Shown: positions 48,906-62,341 of the stretch, in pieces
Position numbering within the stretch: the first letter of the stretch is position 1
Layout of the letters: each line of letters starts with the position of its first letter
NCBI GenBank assembly: GCA_030390025.1
Contig: JASTWF010000350.1
Span: 1-64,000, forward strand
DNA from: Squalus acanthias
Lineage: Eukaryota
Length of the DNA stretch: 64,000 nucleotides
Reading direction: 5' to 3'
Notes under the pieces: generated by a model
Databases searched by the model: none
Told to the model about the DNA's origin: nothing
The model's input: only the letters and a program-made list of their open reading frames with translations
Program-made: the position numbers and the translations under genes

Positions 48906-49910
48906 AATGGTAGCGTGCGAGGTTACACGGTCTCGGCCTAGATAGGGCTTCCGTCAGGAATCCCACAGTCCAAACAGATTAGGTTCCAGAATGAAATAAA
49001 GGCTGTTTTTTTCCCCCCTTCTTTGCTGGACAGAATGTCCCCTGCTCTCTGTACCATGAAAAGACTGGGCAGCTTCATTTGGCGGGCAGCCGTGTTCTTA
49101 AATCAGTCCCTCTTAAGTGACTCGCTGAATAAAACCCTTTGTAAGCAGGCTTGAATCTGTCCCAAAATGCCGGAGCCCGATTAGTGGAAATGGGACCAAT
49201 CTCATGTTTCTAATGATGTTGTTGATGGAAAATGTGGAAAATAACTCCCCGTTTGGTTCAGACTAGTACGGGCTTGTTCTTATTCTCTGTGCTGTGCGAT
49301 CGAAATCCTTTGTGCCATCTAAGCAGGTTTAGCTCGCAGTCACCCTGCCGTGTGTGAATTTTTGCTTAGAAACCTAAAAACGACGCTTTTCCTAGAAATG
49401 GGGTGAGTGAACAGAAGTTGTGCACCTGGAGCTGACACGATTGAGTGACTGACTTCCATCTCTTTTCCTTTACCCGGGGTCATCAGCCTTGACTCAGTTG
49501 GCCGCACTCTCGCCTCTGAGTCAGGAGATTTTAGGTACTCAGACAGTCGGCGTGTAAAGGGGCAAAATCCCAGGCTCACTGCAAAGGATCGTGGGCCTCG
49601 AAATCGTGCAGAGCCTGTATTTTAGGCCAGAAACGGGTTCTGAAGGCTCCAATATGGTGTGGTGCCCGCTCATTCCATGTCTTCTTCTATAAGCCCAATT
49701 AGGAATCCCGCCTGCTCCCGGCAGGAATCGTTGCTTGTCTGGTGAGCCGGAGCAGGAATTTGGGCAGCACGGGACTCGGGGAATGGGCCCTGGCACAAGG
49801 AAAGGTGAAGAAATCTCGTTGTTGAGGGCGGGGGGGGAAGTCCAGAAGGAAGGGAGGCTCAAGGTATCCTTGTGGGATCCAGATAAGCGCTCACCTCCCT
49901 GGATGCGGTA

Positions 49911-52900
49911 ACAGAGCGAGCAGATGAGGGCAATGCAGTTGATGTGATGTACATGGACTTCCAAAAAGCGTTTGATAAAGTGCCACATAACAGGCTTGCC
50001 TGCAAAGTTGAAACCCATGGAATAAAAGGGACAGTGGCAGCATGGATACAAAATTGGCTAGGTGACAGGAAACAGAGAGTAGTGGTGAACGGTTGTTTAT
50101 CAGACTGGAGGAGGGTATACAATGGTGTTCCCCAGAGGTCGGTTCTAGGACCACTGCTTTTCTTGATATATGTTAATGATTTGGACTTGGGTGTACAGGG
50201 CACAATTTCAACATTTGCAGATGACACAAAACTTGGAAGTATAGTGAACAGTGAGGAGGATAGTGATAGACTTCAGGAGGACATAGACAGGCTGGTGGAA
50301 TGGGCAGACACATGGCAGATGAAATTTAACACAGAAAAGTGTGAAGTGATACATTTTTGTAGGAAGAACAAGGAGAGGCAATATAAACTAAAGGATACAA
50401 TCCTAAAGGGGATGCATGAACAGAGAGTGTATACGGGATGGTTTCCTGGACCAATATGTCGAGGAACCAACTAGAGATCAGGCCATCTTAGATTGGGTAT
50501 TATGTAATGAGAAAGGATTAATTAGCAATCTTGTTGTGCGAGACCCCTTGGGAAGGAGTGATCATAATATGATAGAATTCTTCATTAAGATGGAGAGTGA
50601 AGTAGTTGACTCAGAGACTAGGGTACTGAATTTAAATAAAGGAAACTCCGATGGTATGAGGCGCGAGTTGGCTAGGATGGATTGGGGAATGTTACTTAAA
50701 GGGTTGACGGTGGATAGGGAATGGCAAACATTTAAAGACCGCATGGATGAACTACAGAATTTGTTCATCCCTGTTTGGCATAAAAATAAAACAAAAAAGG
50801 TGACTCAACCGTGGCGAACAAGGGGAATTAGGGATAGCATAAGATTCAAGGAGAGGGACATATAAATTGGCCAGAAAAAGCAGCAAACCTGAGGATTGGG
50901 AGCAGTTTAAGAACCAGCAAAGGAGGACAAAGGGATTAATTAAGAGGGGGAAAATAGAGTATGAGAGTAAGCTTTCAGGGAACATAAAAACTGACTGTAA
51001 AATCTTCTATAGATATGTGAAGAGAAAAAGATTGGTGAAGTCAAGCGTAGGTCCCTTACAGTCAGAATCAGGGGAATTTATAATGGTAAACAAAGAAATG
51101 GCTGACCAATTAAATACATACTTTGGTTCTGTCTTCACAAAGGAGGACACAAATAAACTCCCAGAGATGTCGGGGAACATAGGGTCTAATGAGAGGGAGG
51201 AACTGAATGAAATCAGTATTTGTAGGGAAATGGTGTTAGGGAAATTGACGGGATTGAAGGCCGATAAATCCCAAGGGCCTGATAATCTACATCCTAGGGT
51301 ACTTAAGGAAGTGGCCCTAGAAATAGTAGATGCATTGCTGGTCATCTTCCAAAATTCTATAGACTCTGGAACAGTTCCCATGGATTGGAGGGTAGCTAAT
51401 GTAACCCCACTATTTAAAAAAGGTGGGAGAGAGAAAACGGGGAATTATAGACCGGTAAGCCTGACATCGGTAGTGGGCAAAATGCTAGAGTCCATGATAA
51501 AAGATGTAATAGCAGAGCACTTGGAAAACAGTGACAGGATCGGACAAAGTCAACATGGATTTACAAAAGGTAAATCATGCTTGACTAACCTACTGGAATT
51601 TTTTGAGGATGTAACTGGTAGAATAGATAAGGGAGAACCAGTGGATGTGGTGTATTTGGACTTTCAGAAGGCTTTCGATAAGGTCTCGCATAAGAGATTA
51701 GCGTGCAAAGTTAAAGCACATGGGATTGGGGGTAAGGTACTGACTTGGATAGAAAACTGGTTGGCAGACAGGAAGCAATGAGTTGGAATAAACGGATCTT
51801 TTTCTGAGTGGCAGGCAGTGACTAGTGGGCTACCGCAGGGATCGGTCCTAGGACCCCAGTTATTCACAATATATATTAATGATCTAGACGAGGGAACTAG
51901 ATGTAATATCTCCAAGTTTGCAGACGACACAAAGCTGGGTGGGCGTGTGTGCTGTGAGGAGGATGCAGAGAAACTCCAGTATGATTTGGACAGGTTGGGT
52001 GATTGGGCAGATGCATGGCAGATGCAGTATAATGTGGATAAATGCGAGGTTATCCACTTTGGTGGCAAAAACAGGAAGACAGATTATTATCTGAACGGCA
52101 ATAGATTGGGAAAAGGGGAAGTGCAACGAGACCTGGGTGTCCTTGTGCACCAGTCGCTGAAGGTAAGCATGCAGGTGCAGCAGGCGGTTAAGAAGGCAAA
52201 TGGTATGTTGGCCTTCATAGCGAGAGGATTCGAGTACAGGAGCAAGGATGTCTTGCTGCAGTTGTACAGGGCCTTGGTGAGACCACACCTTGAGTATTGT
52301 GTGCAGTTTTGGTCGTCTTATCTGAGGAAGGATGTTCTTGCCATGGAGGGAGTGCAATGAAGATTCACCAGACTGATACCTGGGATGGCAGGAATGATGT
52401 ATGAAGAGAGATTGGGTCAATTAGGCTTATATTCGCTAGAGTTTAGAAGAATGAGAGGGGATCTCATTGAAACTTATAAAATTCTAACAGGACTGGACAG
52501 ACTAGATGCAGGAAGGCTGTTCCCGATGGCGGGGGAGTCCAGAACCAGCGGTCACAGTCTAAGGATAAGGGGTAAGCCATTTAGGACTGAGATGAGGAGG
52601 AATTTCTTCACCCAGAGAGTGGTGAACCTGTGGAATTCTGTACCACAGAAGGCAGTTGAGGCCAATTCATTAAATATGTTCAAGAAGGAGTTAGATATAT
52701 TTCTTAAGGCTAAGGGGATCAAGGGATATGAGGAGAAAGCAGGGACAGGGTACTGAATTTGGATGATCAGCCATGATCGCATTGAATGGCGGAGCAGGCT
52801 CGAGGGGCCGAATGGCCTACTCCTGCTCTTATCTTCTATGTTTCTATGTTCAGTTATGTGGATAGACTGGAGAAGCTGGAGTTGTTCTCCTTAGAGCAGA

Positions 52901-53290
52901 GAAGGTTGAGAGGAAATTTGATAGAGGTGCTCAAAATCATGAGGTGTCTCGACAGAGTCGATCGAGAGAATCTGTTCCCATTGGCGGAAGGGTTGAGAAC
53001 CAGAGGACACAGATTTAAGGTGATTGGCAAAAGAACCAAAGGCGACATAAAGAAAACCTTTTTACGCAGCGAGTGGTTAGGATCTGGAATGCACTGCCTG
53101 AAAGGGTGGTGGAGGCAGATTCAATCGTGGCTTTCAAAAGGGAATTGGATAAGTACCTGAAGGAAAAAATGTTGCAGGGCTACGGGGAAAGGGCGGGGGA
53201 GTGGGACTAGCTGAAGTTCTCTTGCAGAGAGAGCCGGCACGGGCTCGACGGGCCTCCTTCTGTGCTGTAACCATTCTATGATTCTATTCT
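49911..53290 (+). mobile_element. CR1 RT/3' fragment (49911-50428 and 52849-53290) split by a second CR1
   Basis: Both parts are homologous to 59030-59540 and 62520-62970; the intervening host segment is missing. Confidence 0.82.
50429..52848 (+). mobile_element. CR1 LINE, 5'-truncated in the APE domain, several stops
   Basis: ORFs 50416-50865, 50867-51781, 51818-52360, 52385-52756; tail (tttctatg)n; related to 12312-13517. Confidence 0.93.
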
Positions 53291-53667
53291 ATATTGCGCC
53301 TTTCACAACCTCCGGATGTCCCAAAGCACTTTACAGCCAATGAAGTACTTTTGAAGTGTAGTCACTGTTGTAATGTAGGAAATGTTGCAGCCAATTTACA
53401 CACAGCAAGATCCCACAAACAGCAATGACCAGTTAATCTGTTTTAGTGATATTGGTTGAGGGCTAAATATTGGCCAGGACACCGGGGAGAACTCCCCTGC
53501 TCTTCTTCCAATGGTGCCATGGGATCTTTTACATCCACCCGAGAGGGCAGACGGGGCCTTGGTTTAACGTCTCATCCGAAAGACGGCACCTGTGACAGTG
53601 CAGCACTCCCTCAGTACTGCACTGGAGTGTCAGCTCAGATTATGTGCTTAAGTCTCTGGGATGGGAC

Positions 53668-53698
<31 letters not shown>

Positions 53699-53727
53699 AA
53701 GTTTTACCCACTGAGCCAGAGCTGACA
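53291..53727 (-). mobile_element. DeuSINE, near full length
   Basis: Reverse complement of 33848-34290, including A and B boxes. Confidence 0.85.
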
Positions 53728-53781
53728 CAAGGCCACAGGTTAAAATGCATCCTGGCAGAGTTACGTCATTAAACAAGCCCT

Positions 53782-53916
53782 GGGTGTGAATTCCCATGGG
53801 GATTCGTCTGCTCTTCCGCCGTCACTTCGGTTTATCCCGTTTGTCCAGGATTTCCGGGGCTCTTCCACTGAAGTGATGGTAAATAAGTGGGAGAATCCCT
53901 GCAGAAATTCACCCCC
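53782..53916. mobile_element. Small degenerate MITE
   Basis: Imperfect inverted termini gggtgtgaattc / gaaattcacccc and internal inverted segments. Confidence 0.45.
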
Positions 53917-54749
53917 ACTCCACGTCTAGTTAATCACAGATCTGGGGACAATTTTAACCTCACCCGCCTGTCAGACACTGACAGGATCAGGTGCGATGCT
54001 AGTTTTACACGTCCCTTTTACTCTCCATTGATGTCATTGGGTGGGGTGCCACCTGATCCCATGGGATTCCTGTCCAGAGATGGAGTTACCTCAGATAGGA
54101 ATCAAAGGTTTACGCATCTGATGTTTTTATAGTCAAAATAATTCACAGCCTCCTTTAAATGGAATTCTCCCTGTGCCTGAACCACTGCCTCGGTCAGTTT
54201 AATTATCTTGTTACGGACTCTGTTCATTTATAATTTACATGTTTATTGTGTTAGAAACCTCTCCGCCAAGTTTCCACTATCGTCATGGTGACAGAGCGGA
54301 GAGGCCCCCGAGAAGGTTCACCCCTCCTCCCATGCACTTTAGCGCACAGGCAATAGGAAATCACAGACCGAAGGAATTGGGCCTAAAAGAGGCTTTCAGG
54401 CCTGCTCACCCAGTTCCCCTTTGGCACTCGCCCTGCTCCTATGTTAAGTAGAACTTACATAGATTGGTATCTTTAACACAGGCCGATAGGAGTCTCAGGA
54501 TCACCGTGTACTGGCCATATCTGCGGGGGATAATGGAGCCATTCTCCGCCTTCTCTTAGAATGTGCCTTTGTAATCTTTTCTGGAACAATCTGTCCCCTT
54601 ATATAAATGTGAACATTAGAGCACAATCTCTTTGCCCTGAGATGTATTGTTTCACTGTAAATCACCAGATAAGCCCCATGGTCATAGTAACACCGCCTTT
54701 CTCTCTACGTGGCCAGAGTTTGTTAAATGAAAGGAGATTAAAGGAATAT

Positions 54750-54868
54750 TACATAGAATTTACAGCACAGAAACAGGCCATTTGGCCCAAGTGGTCTGAG
54801 CTGGCGATTATGCTCCACACGAGTCTACTCCCACCCGACTTCATCTAACCCTGTCAGCAGACCCTTCT
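54750..54868 (-). mobile_element. CR1 3' UTR fragment
   Basis: acatagaatttacagcacagaaacaggccatttggccc resembles other CR1 tails. Confidence 0.65.
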
Positions 54869-56549
54869 ACTGCAGGAGGTGTCGTCAGCTGGAGGAGCTC
54901 AAGCTCCGGGTTTTGGAGCTTGAGCAGCAGCTGGCATCACTGCGGTGCATCCGCGAGGCTGAGAGCTTCGTGGAGAGCACGTTTCAGGAGTTGGTCACCC
55001 CGCAGCTAAGGAATGCTCAGGCAGTGAGGGAATGGGTGACCGCCAGACAGAAGAGGAGGACCAGGCAGGTAGCACAGGAGTCCCCTGAGTGCATCTCACT
55101 CTCCAACCAGTATTCTGTTCTGAGTACTGGTGCGGGCGATGGTTCCGCTGGGGAGTATAGCCAGAGCCAAGTCTGCGGCAACACGGGTGGCTCAGCTGTA
55201 CAAGGGGGGAGGAAGAAGAGTGGGAGAGCAATAGTGGTAGGGGATTCGATAGTTAGGGGAGCAGACAGGTGTTTCTGCGTCCGCAGACGTGACTCCAGGA
55301 TGGTATGTTGCCTCCCTGGTGCCAGGGTCAAGGATGTCACTGAACGGCTGCAGGACACTCTGAGGGGGGAGGGTGAACAGCCAGAGGTCGTTGTCTATAT
55401 TGGTACCAATGACATAGGTAGAAAGAGGGATGAGGTCCTGCAGGCAGATTTTAGGGAGCTAGGAAAGAGATTAAAAAGCAGGACCTCATATGTAGTAATC
55501 GCGGGATTACTCCCGGTGCCACGAGCTTGTGAGTATAGAAATAGGAGGATAGAACAGATGAATGTATGGCTGCAGAGATGGTGCAGGAGGGAGGGCTTTA
55601 GATTCCTGGAACATTGGGACTGGTTCTGGGGGAGGTGGGATCTGTACAGGCCGGATGGGTTGCACCTCAACAGAGCCGGAACCAATATCCTCGCGGGGAG
55701 GCTTGCTAGTGCTGTTGGGGAGGGTTTAAACTAACCAGGGGATGGGCACCAGGATGTAGCATTAGAAAGGAGAAACAACGGGCACAAAGGATTAGGAGAG
55801 ACAGATAGCACTAGAGTAAGAAATAGTACGGTATTAGGTGGGGTCAGACTAAGAGAGAACACAGGATGGTCTAAGATAGGTTTACAGTGTATGTCTGTGA
55901 ACACACGAAGCGTGGTAAATAAGGTTGGTGAGTGTAGATGCAAATAGCCACTTGGGAATATGATGTCATGGCAATGATGGAGACCTGGCTCAAAAAAGGG
56001 CAGAATTGGGTATTAAATATTCCTGGATATAGGGAGTTCAAGAAAGATAGGGTAGGAAAGATAGAAGGTGGTGTGGCAGATTTGGTTAAGGAGAATGTTA
56101 CATTGCTGGAGAGAGAGGATGTGCTGGAGGGGTCAAGGATAGAATCTATGTGGCTACTGTTAAGAAACAATAGAGGTGCCATTACACTACTAGGTGCATT
56201 CTATAGACCACCAACTAGTGGGAAAAATATGGAGGAGCAAACTTGCAGGGAAATTACAGAGAGATGCAAAAACTATAGAGTAGTGATAATGGGGACTTCA
56301 ACTATCCTAATATAAACTGGGATAGTAATAGTGTAAAGGGCAGGAAGGGGGAAGAATTTCTGAAGTGTGTTCAGGAGAACTTACTTGATCAGTATGTTTC
56401 CGGCCCAGGTGAGGAAGGAGGCATTGCTGGATTTGGTTCTGGGGAATGAGGTTGGTCAAGTGGAGCAAGTGTCAGTAGGTGAACATTTGGGGAACAGTGA
56501 TCATAGTATCATAAGGTTTAGATTAGCTATGGAGAAGGACAGGGAGCAG

Positions 56550-58123
56550 GGAGAAAAAGACAGAGGGACCTGGGGGTTCATGTGCATAGATCTTTGAAGG
56601 TGGCAGGACATATTGAGAGAGTCGTTAGCAAAGCATATGGGATCTTGGGCTTCATAAATAGAGGTATTGAGTACAAAAGTAGAGAAGTTATGCTGAATCT
56701 TTATAAAGTGCTGGTTAGGCCACAACTGGAGTATTGCGTCCAGTTCTCGTCACCACACTTTAGGAAGGATGTGAAGGTCCTTGAGAGGGTGCAGAGGAGA
56801 TTTACCAGAATGGTTCCAGGGATGAGGGATCTTAGCTACAAGGACAGGTTGGAGAAGCTGGGGTTGTTCTCCTTGGAGCAAAGGAGGTTGAGGGGAGATT
56901 TGATAGAGGTGTACAAGATTATGATGGGTTTGGATAAGGTAGACAGAGAAAGGCTGTTCCCATTAGCTGATGGTACAAGGACTAGGGGACACAGATTTAA
57001 GGTTTTGGGCAAGAGATACAGGGGGGATGTGAGGAAGAACTTTTTTACGCAGCGAGTGGTGAGGACCTGGAACTCGCTGCTGATGAGGGTGGTGGAACTG
57101 GAGATGACCAATGTTTTCAAGGGGAGACTGGATAGGCACTTGAGGGAAATAAACTTGCAGGGCTACGAGGATAGAGCGGGGGAATGAGACTGACTGGATT
57201 ACTCTACAGAGAGCCGGCACGGACTCAATGGGCCGAATGGCCTCCTTCTGTGCCGTAATGACTCTATGGGCTGGATTTTGATACTGGGGACATGATGGAG
57301 GCGGGACTCCCACTTTTTGGGTTGTAGTCCCGCCTCCATCGACTTGTGGCCAACCCACTGTATTTTCCTTTGATTGACCTTGTTGAGCCCGCCCAGTGAG
57401 CTCAGCAGGCCAATTAAGGGCCACCCAGCAACAGGTGACGTCACAGATTGACATTTCATCTGTCAAGAGCTTTTGACAGATGAAATATCAGCGTTTGACA
57501 GCTCTGTGAAGCTGTCAAACACTGACAATCTGTCTTCTAACTTGAGTCCTTCCTCTCAGGCTGAGTTAGAAATCATTCCAGCACAGAAAACAGAACTGCA
57601 GTTTTTGACAGCACCATGGCCATTCTGCTTTCTGTGCCGGTGAGATTTCTGACTCCCGAGACCTGAAGGGCTGACACCTGCAGGAGGAAGTTAAGGTAAG
57701 TAAAACTTTTTCCCACACTTTACACTTACCTTACACACTTACCTCTGTACACATGCACTCATCACTCACCTGCCCACTGGTTATATTGACCCCTCCAACC
57801 CCTGCAGACCCACGGTCCGCCTCGCTAACTTGGCGTGTTTGGGACCTGTCGGGAAGCCCACATTTCACGTATCAAAATAGGGATTAGGCAAAAAACTGCC
57901 TGTTAACTACCTGTTAACAGGCAGTTTATTGCCACTAATCCCCTTCCCGCCTCGGGGAGGCGGGTCCCAGCACAGGTCGGGTACCCGCCTCCAGCGAAAC
58001 TGGCATGGAGGCGGGTTGGGGGCGGGATGGGTTCGGGACCCCCGAATCTGCAACTTTAACCCCCCACACACCTTCAAACCCGCCTCCACGGGTCAATGAA
58101 AATCCAGCCCTGTGACTCTATGA
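56550..58123 (+). mobile_element. Nested CR1 3' fragment (subfamily of 27495-29129)
   Basis: ORF 56582-57187; tail (tgactcta)n split by a MITE. Confidence 0.88.
57268..58110. mobile_element. Non-autonomous TIR element (PIF/Harbinger-like)
   Basis: Perfect 12-bp TIR gggctggatttt; TSD tat/tgt. Confidence 0.82.
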
Positions 58124-59678
58124 ATCTAGAGTAAAAATACTTAATTGGAGGAAGGCCAATTTCAGTGGGATGAGAACGGATCTGGGCCGGGTAAATTGGA
58201 ATCAAAGATTGGCAGGCAAAACTGCAGTGGAACAATGGGCTGCCTTTAAAGAGGAAATAGTTCGGGTACAGTTGAAGTACATTCCCACTGAGGGGAAAGG
58301 TAGGGCAACTAAAGTCAGAGCTCGTTGGATGATGAAAGAGATAGAGAGTAAGATGAAGCAGAAAAAGGGGTGTATGACAGATGTCACGTCAAGAATACAT
58401 CTGAGAATCAGGCTGAATATAGAAAGTTCAGAGGAGAAGTGAAAAACAAAATAAAAGGGGCAAAGAGAGGGTATGAGAATAGAATGGCAGCTGACATAAA
58501 AGGTATATAAATAGTAAACGGTAGTAAGAGGAGGGGTGGGGCCGATTAGGGACCAAAAAGGAGACCTATGCATGGAGGCAGAGGGTATGGCTGAGGTACT
58601 AAATGAGTATTTTGCATCTGTCTTCACCAAGGAAGAAGATGCTGCCATAGACATAGTGAAGGAGGAGGTAGAGGAGATACTTGATAGGATAAAAATTGGT
58701 AAAGAGGAGATACTAGAAAGGCTGGCTGTATTTAAAGTAGATAAGTCACCAGGACCGGATGGGATGCCTGCCAGGATGCTGAGGGAAGTGAAGGAAGAAA
58801 TCGCGGAGGTATTGGCCATAATCTTCGAATACTCCTTAGATACGGGGGTGGTGCCAGGGGACTGAAAAATTGCAAATGTTATACCCTTGTTCAAAAAAGG
58901 GTGTAAACATAAACCCAGCAACAGTCACTTGGACAAGTGTGGATTAATTAAGGAAAGCCAGCATGGATTTGTTAAAGGCAAATCGTGTTTAACCAACTTG
59001 ATCGAGTTTTTTGATGAGGTAACAGAGAGGGTTGATGAGGGCAATGCGGTTGACGTGGTGTACATGGATTTCCAAAAGGTGTTTGACAAAGTGTCACATA
59101 ATAGGCTTGCCAACAAAGATGAAATTGATAGAATAAAAGGGACAGTGGCAACATGGATACGGAATTGGCTAAGTGACAGGAAACAGAGAGTAGTGGTGAA
59201 CGGTTGTTTTTCGGACTGGAGGAAGGCATACAGTGGTGTTCCCCAGGGGTCAGTTCTAGGACCACAGCTTTTCTTGATATATATTAATGACTTGGACTTA
59301 GGTGTACAGGGCACAATTTCAAAATTTGCAGATGACATGAAACTTGGAAGTATAGTGAACAGTGAGGAAGACAGTCATAGACTTCAAGAGGACATAGACA
59401 GGCTGGTGGAATGGGCGGACACGTGGCAGATGAAATTTAACGCAGAAAAATGTGAAGTGATTCATTTTGGTAGAAAGAATGAAGAGAGGACATATAAACT
59501 AAAGGGTACAATCCTAAAGGGGGTGCATGAACAGAGAGACCTAGGGGCATATGTGCACAAATCATTGAAGGTGGCAGGGCAGGTTGAGAAAGCAGTTGAA
59601 AAAGCTTACGGGATCCTGGGCTTCATAAATAGAGAGGTCGCACAACACCAGGTTATAGTCCAACAGTTTTATTTGAAA

Positions 59679-59720
59679 TCACAAGCTTTCGGAGCTATCG
59701 ATTGCTCCTTCCTCAGGTGA
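59679..59720 (-). ncRNA. Minimal type I hammerhead ribozyme motif, sense to the PLE ORF
   Basis: ucac CUGAGGA a GGAGC aaucgaua GCUCC GAAA GC UU guga, ~330 nt downstream of the stop codon. Confidence 0.8.
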
Positions 59721-60052
59721 AGTAAATTAGATACAGAATCGCCAAAGCATATATAGATAGAAAACAAAGCATGTGTACTTTACAATTGCAGACCAATAAA
59801 TTAAATCATCCTGACTATCTGCCGAGGTGTGATAAAGTTAATTAAGTCAGCCAGGAAGGTACCACATCAAAGACATAGCAAGATACAACTGAGACAATGA
59901 GGTGTAGTCGCAGGGGTTCTAACGTGTCAAAAGCTGCCGTCTGTATGTAAAACGAAAAGCTTTAAAAAAATTTTACTTTTTTACTGGGAAAATTTTTACT
60001 TTTTTACTGGGAATCACATCTGTGAACAAGCTAACGACGACTCGAGTCCGGA

Positions 60053-62341
60053 TCACGTCATGTATCGTGACATAAACCCAAGATCCCGATTGAGACCGTC
60101 TTCATGAGTGCGGAACTTGGCTATCAGTTTCTGCTCGATGATTTTGCGTTGTCGTGTGTTTCTAAGGTTGCCTTGGAGAACGCTTACCCGCAGATCCGAG
60201 GCTGAATGTCCTTGACTGCTGAAGTGTTCCCCGACTGGGAGGTAACAATCCTGCCTGGCGATTGTTGCGCGGTGCTCGTTCATACGTTGTCTCAGTGTCT
60301 GCATGGTCTCGCCGATGTACCATGCCGCGGTGCATTCTTTCCTGCAACGTATGAGGTAGACAACGTTGGCCGAGTCACATGAGTATGTACCATGTACCTG
60401 GTGGGTAGTGTCCTCACGTGTGATGGTGGTATCTGTGTTGATGATCTGGCATGTCTTGCAGAGTTTGCCATGGCAGGGTTGTGTGGTGTCGTGGTCGCTG
60501 TTATCCTGAAAGCTGGGTAATTTGCTGCGAACGATGGTACTTCTGAGGTTAGGCGGCTGTTTGAAGGCAAGTAGTGGAGGCGTGGGGATGGCCTTAGCGA
60601 GGTGTTTGTCGTCATCGATGTCATGTTGAAGGCTGCGAAGAACATGGCGTAGTTTCTCCGCTCCGGGGAAGTACTGGACGACGTAGGGTACCCTGTTGGT
60701 TGTGTCCCGTGTTTGCCTTCTGAGGAGGTCTATGCGATTTTTCGCTGTGGCCCGTCGGAACTGTCGATCGATGAGTCGAGCGTCATATCCCGTTCTTACG
60801 AGGGCGTTTTTCAGCGTCCGTAGGTGTCCATCGCGTTCCTCCTCGTCTGAGCAGATCCTGTGTATTCGCAGGGCTTGTCCATAGGGGATGGCTTCTTTAA
60901 CATGGTTAGGGTGGAAGCTGGAGAAGTGGAGCATCGTGAGGTTGTCCGTGGGCTTGGGGTAGAGTGAAGTGCTGAGGTGTCCGTCTTTGATGGAGATTCG
61001 TGTGTCCAGGAATGAGACCGATTCTGAGGAGTAGTCCATGGTGAGTTTGATGGTGGGATGGAACTTGTTTATGTTATCGTGTAGTCTTTTCAGTGATCCT
61101 TCGCCATGGGTCCAAAGGAAGAAAATGTCGTCGATGTATCTGGTGTACAGCGTTGGCTGGAGGTCCTGTGCAGCGAAGAAGTCTTGCTCGAACTTGTGCA
61201 TGAAGATGTTGGCGTATTGGGGTGCGAATTTGGTCCCCATGGCTGTTCCATGTGTTTGGGTAAAAAAATGGTTGTCGAAGGTGAAGACATTGTGGTCAAG
61301 GATGAAGCGGATGAGTTGTAGGATGGCGTCTGGAGATTGGCTGTTGTTGATGTTGAGTACTGAGGCTGTTGCAGCGATGCCGTCATCGTGGGGGATACTG
61401 GTGTAGAGTGCCGATACGTCCATCGTGGCAAGGAGTGTTCCTGGTTCAACTGGTCCGTGGGTGCTGAGTTTCTGTAAGAAGTCTGTAGTGTCGCGACAGA
61501 AGCTGGGGGTTCCCTGTACGATGGGTTTCAGAATGCCCTCGACGTATCCAGAGAGGTTCTCACACAGGGTTCCATTGCCTGATACGATAGGACGTCCGGG
61601 TGTGTTGGCTTTGTGTATCTTTGGGAGGCAGTAGAAGTCTCCCACGCGGGGAGTACGTGGGATGAGAGCGTGTAGGATGTTTTGAAGGTCTGGATCGAAG
61701 GTCTTGATCAGTCTATTGAGTTGGCGGGTGTGTTCTTTGGTCGGATCTGCGGGTAGCTGTCTGTAGTGTTCCTGGTTGTCCAGTTGTCGGTATGCTTCTT
61801 TACAATAGTCCGTTCTGTTCTGTATGACGATGGCTCCTCCTTTGTCCGCTGGTTTGATGACAATGTTGCGGTTGGTCTTGAGAGCGTGGATGGCGTTGCG
61901 TTGTGCTCGGGTGACATTCTGGACTGTCTTGTGAGTGCGGCTGATGAATCTGGCGTTGATGCATCTCCTGACAGCTTGAGCATACATGTCAAGCTTGGGG
62001 CAGCGACCCTCCGGAGGGGTCCAGTTTGACTCTTTTTTCTTCGGTTGCTGCACTGCGAGTCCCTCTGTCTGCTGTTCTGGATCATTGATTGTCTCATTGG
62101 GTTTGTTGCTGACATCTTGGGATTTGTGGAAGTATTCCCGGAGCCTCATTCTCCTGATGAATTCCTCCGTGTCTGCCGCGAGACCGATGGGGTCCATTTT
62201 GGTGGTTGGGCAGAACTTGAGCCCTAGGGCGAGAACTTCGATTTCGTCTGGTTGAAGGGTATGGTCGGACAAGTTGACGATGGACTTCCCTGTGGTTGCA
62301 GCCGTGGTACCGGGGGAGGCTTGGTTGCTGCTGGTGGTGAT
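60053..62341 (-). CDS. PLE reverse transcriptase + Cys-rich linker + GIY-YIG endonuclease (N-terminus truncated, no native ATG)
   Basis: IVNLS..LGLKFCPT, ADKGG, LPKIHK..GRPIVS, DVSALYTSI, GTAMG, RYIDD, FLD, PCHGKLCKTC, VVYLIRC..WYIGET..R..H..E..N; frame open to the junction; the track start at 62272 is an internal TTG. Confidence 0.93.
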   Translation of the reverse strand: MTTSSNQASPGTTAATTGKSIVNLSDHTLQPDEIEVLALGLKFCPTTKMDPIGLAADTEEFIRRMRLREYFHKSQDVSNKPNETINDPEQQTEGLAVQQPKKKESNWTPPEGRCPKLDMYAQAVRRCINARFISRTHKTVQNVTRAQRNAIHALKTNRNIVIKPADKGGAIVIQNRTDYCKEAYRQLDNQEHYRQLPADPTKEHTRQLNRLIKTFDPDLQNILHALIPRTPRVGDFYCLPKIHKANTPGRPIVSGNGTLCENLSGYVEGILKPIVQGTPSFCRDTTDFLQKLSTHGPVEPGTLLATMDVSALYTSIPHDDGIAATASVLNINNSQSPDAILQLIRFILDHNVFTFDNHFFTQTHGTAMGTKFAPQYANIFMHKFEQDFFAAQDLQPTLYTRYIDDIFFLWTHGEGSLKRLHDNINKFHPTIKLTMDYSSESVSFLDTRISIKDGHLSTSLYPKPTDNLTMLHFSSFHPNHVKEAIPYGQALRIHRICSDEEERDGHLRTLKNALVRTGYDARLIDRQFRRATAKNRIDLLRRQTRDTTNRVPYVVQYFPGAEKLRHVLRSLQHDIDDDKHLAKAIPTPPLLAFKQPPNLRSTIVRSKLPSFQDNSDHDTTQPCHGKLCKTCQIINTDTTITREDTTHQVHGTYSCDSANVVYLIRCRKECTAAWYIGETMQTLRQRMNEHRATIARQDCYLPVGEHFSSQGHSASDLRVSVLQGNLRNTRQRKIIEQKLIAKFRTHEDGLNRDLGFMSRYMT

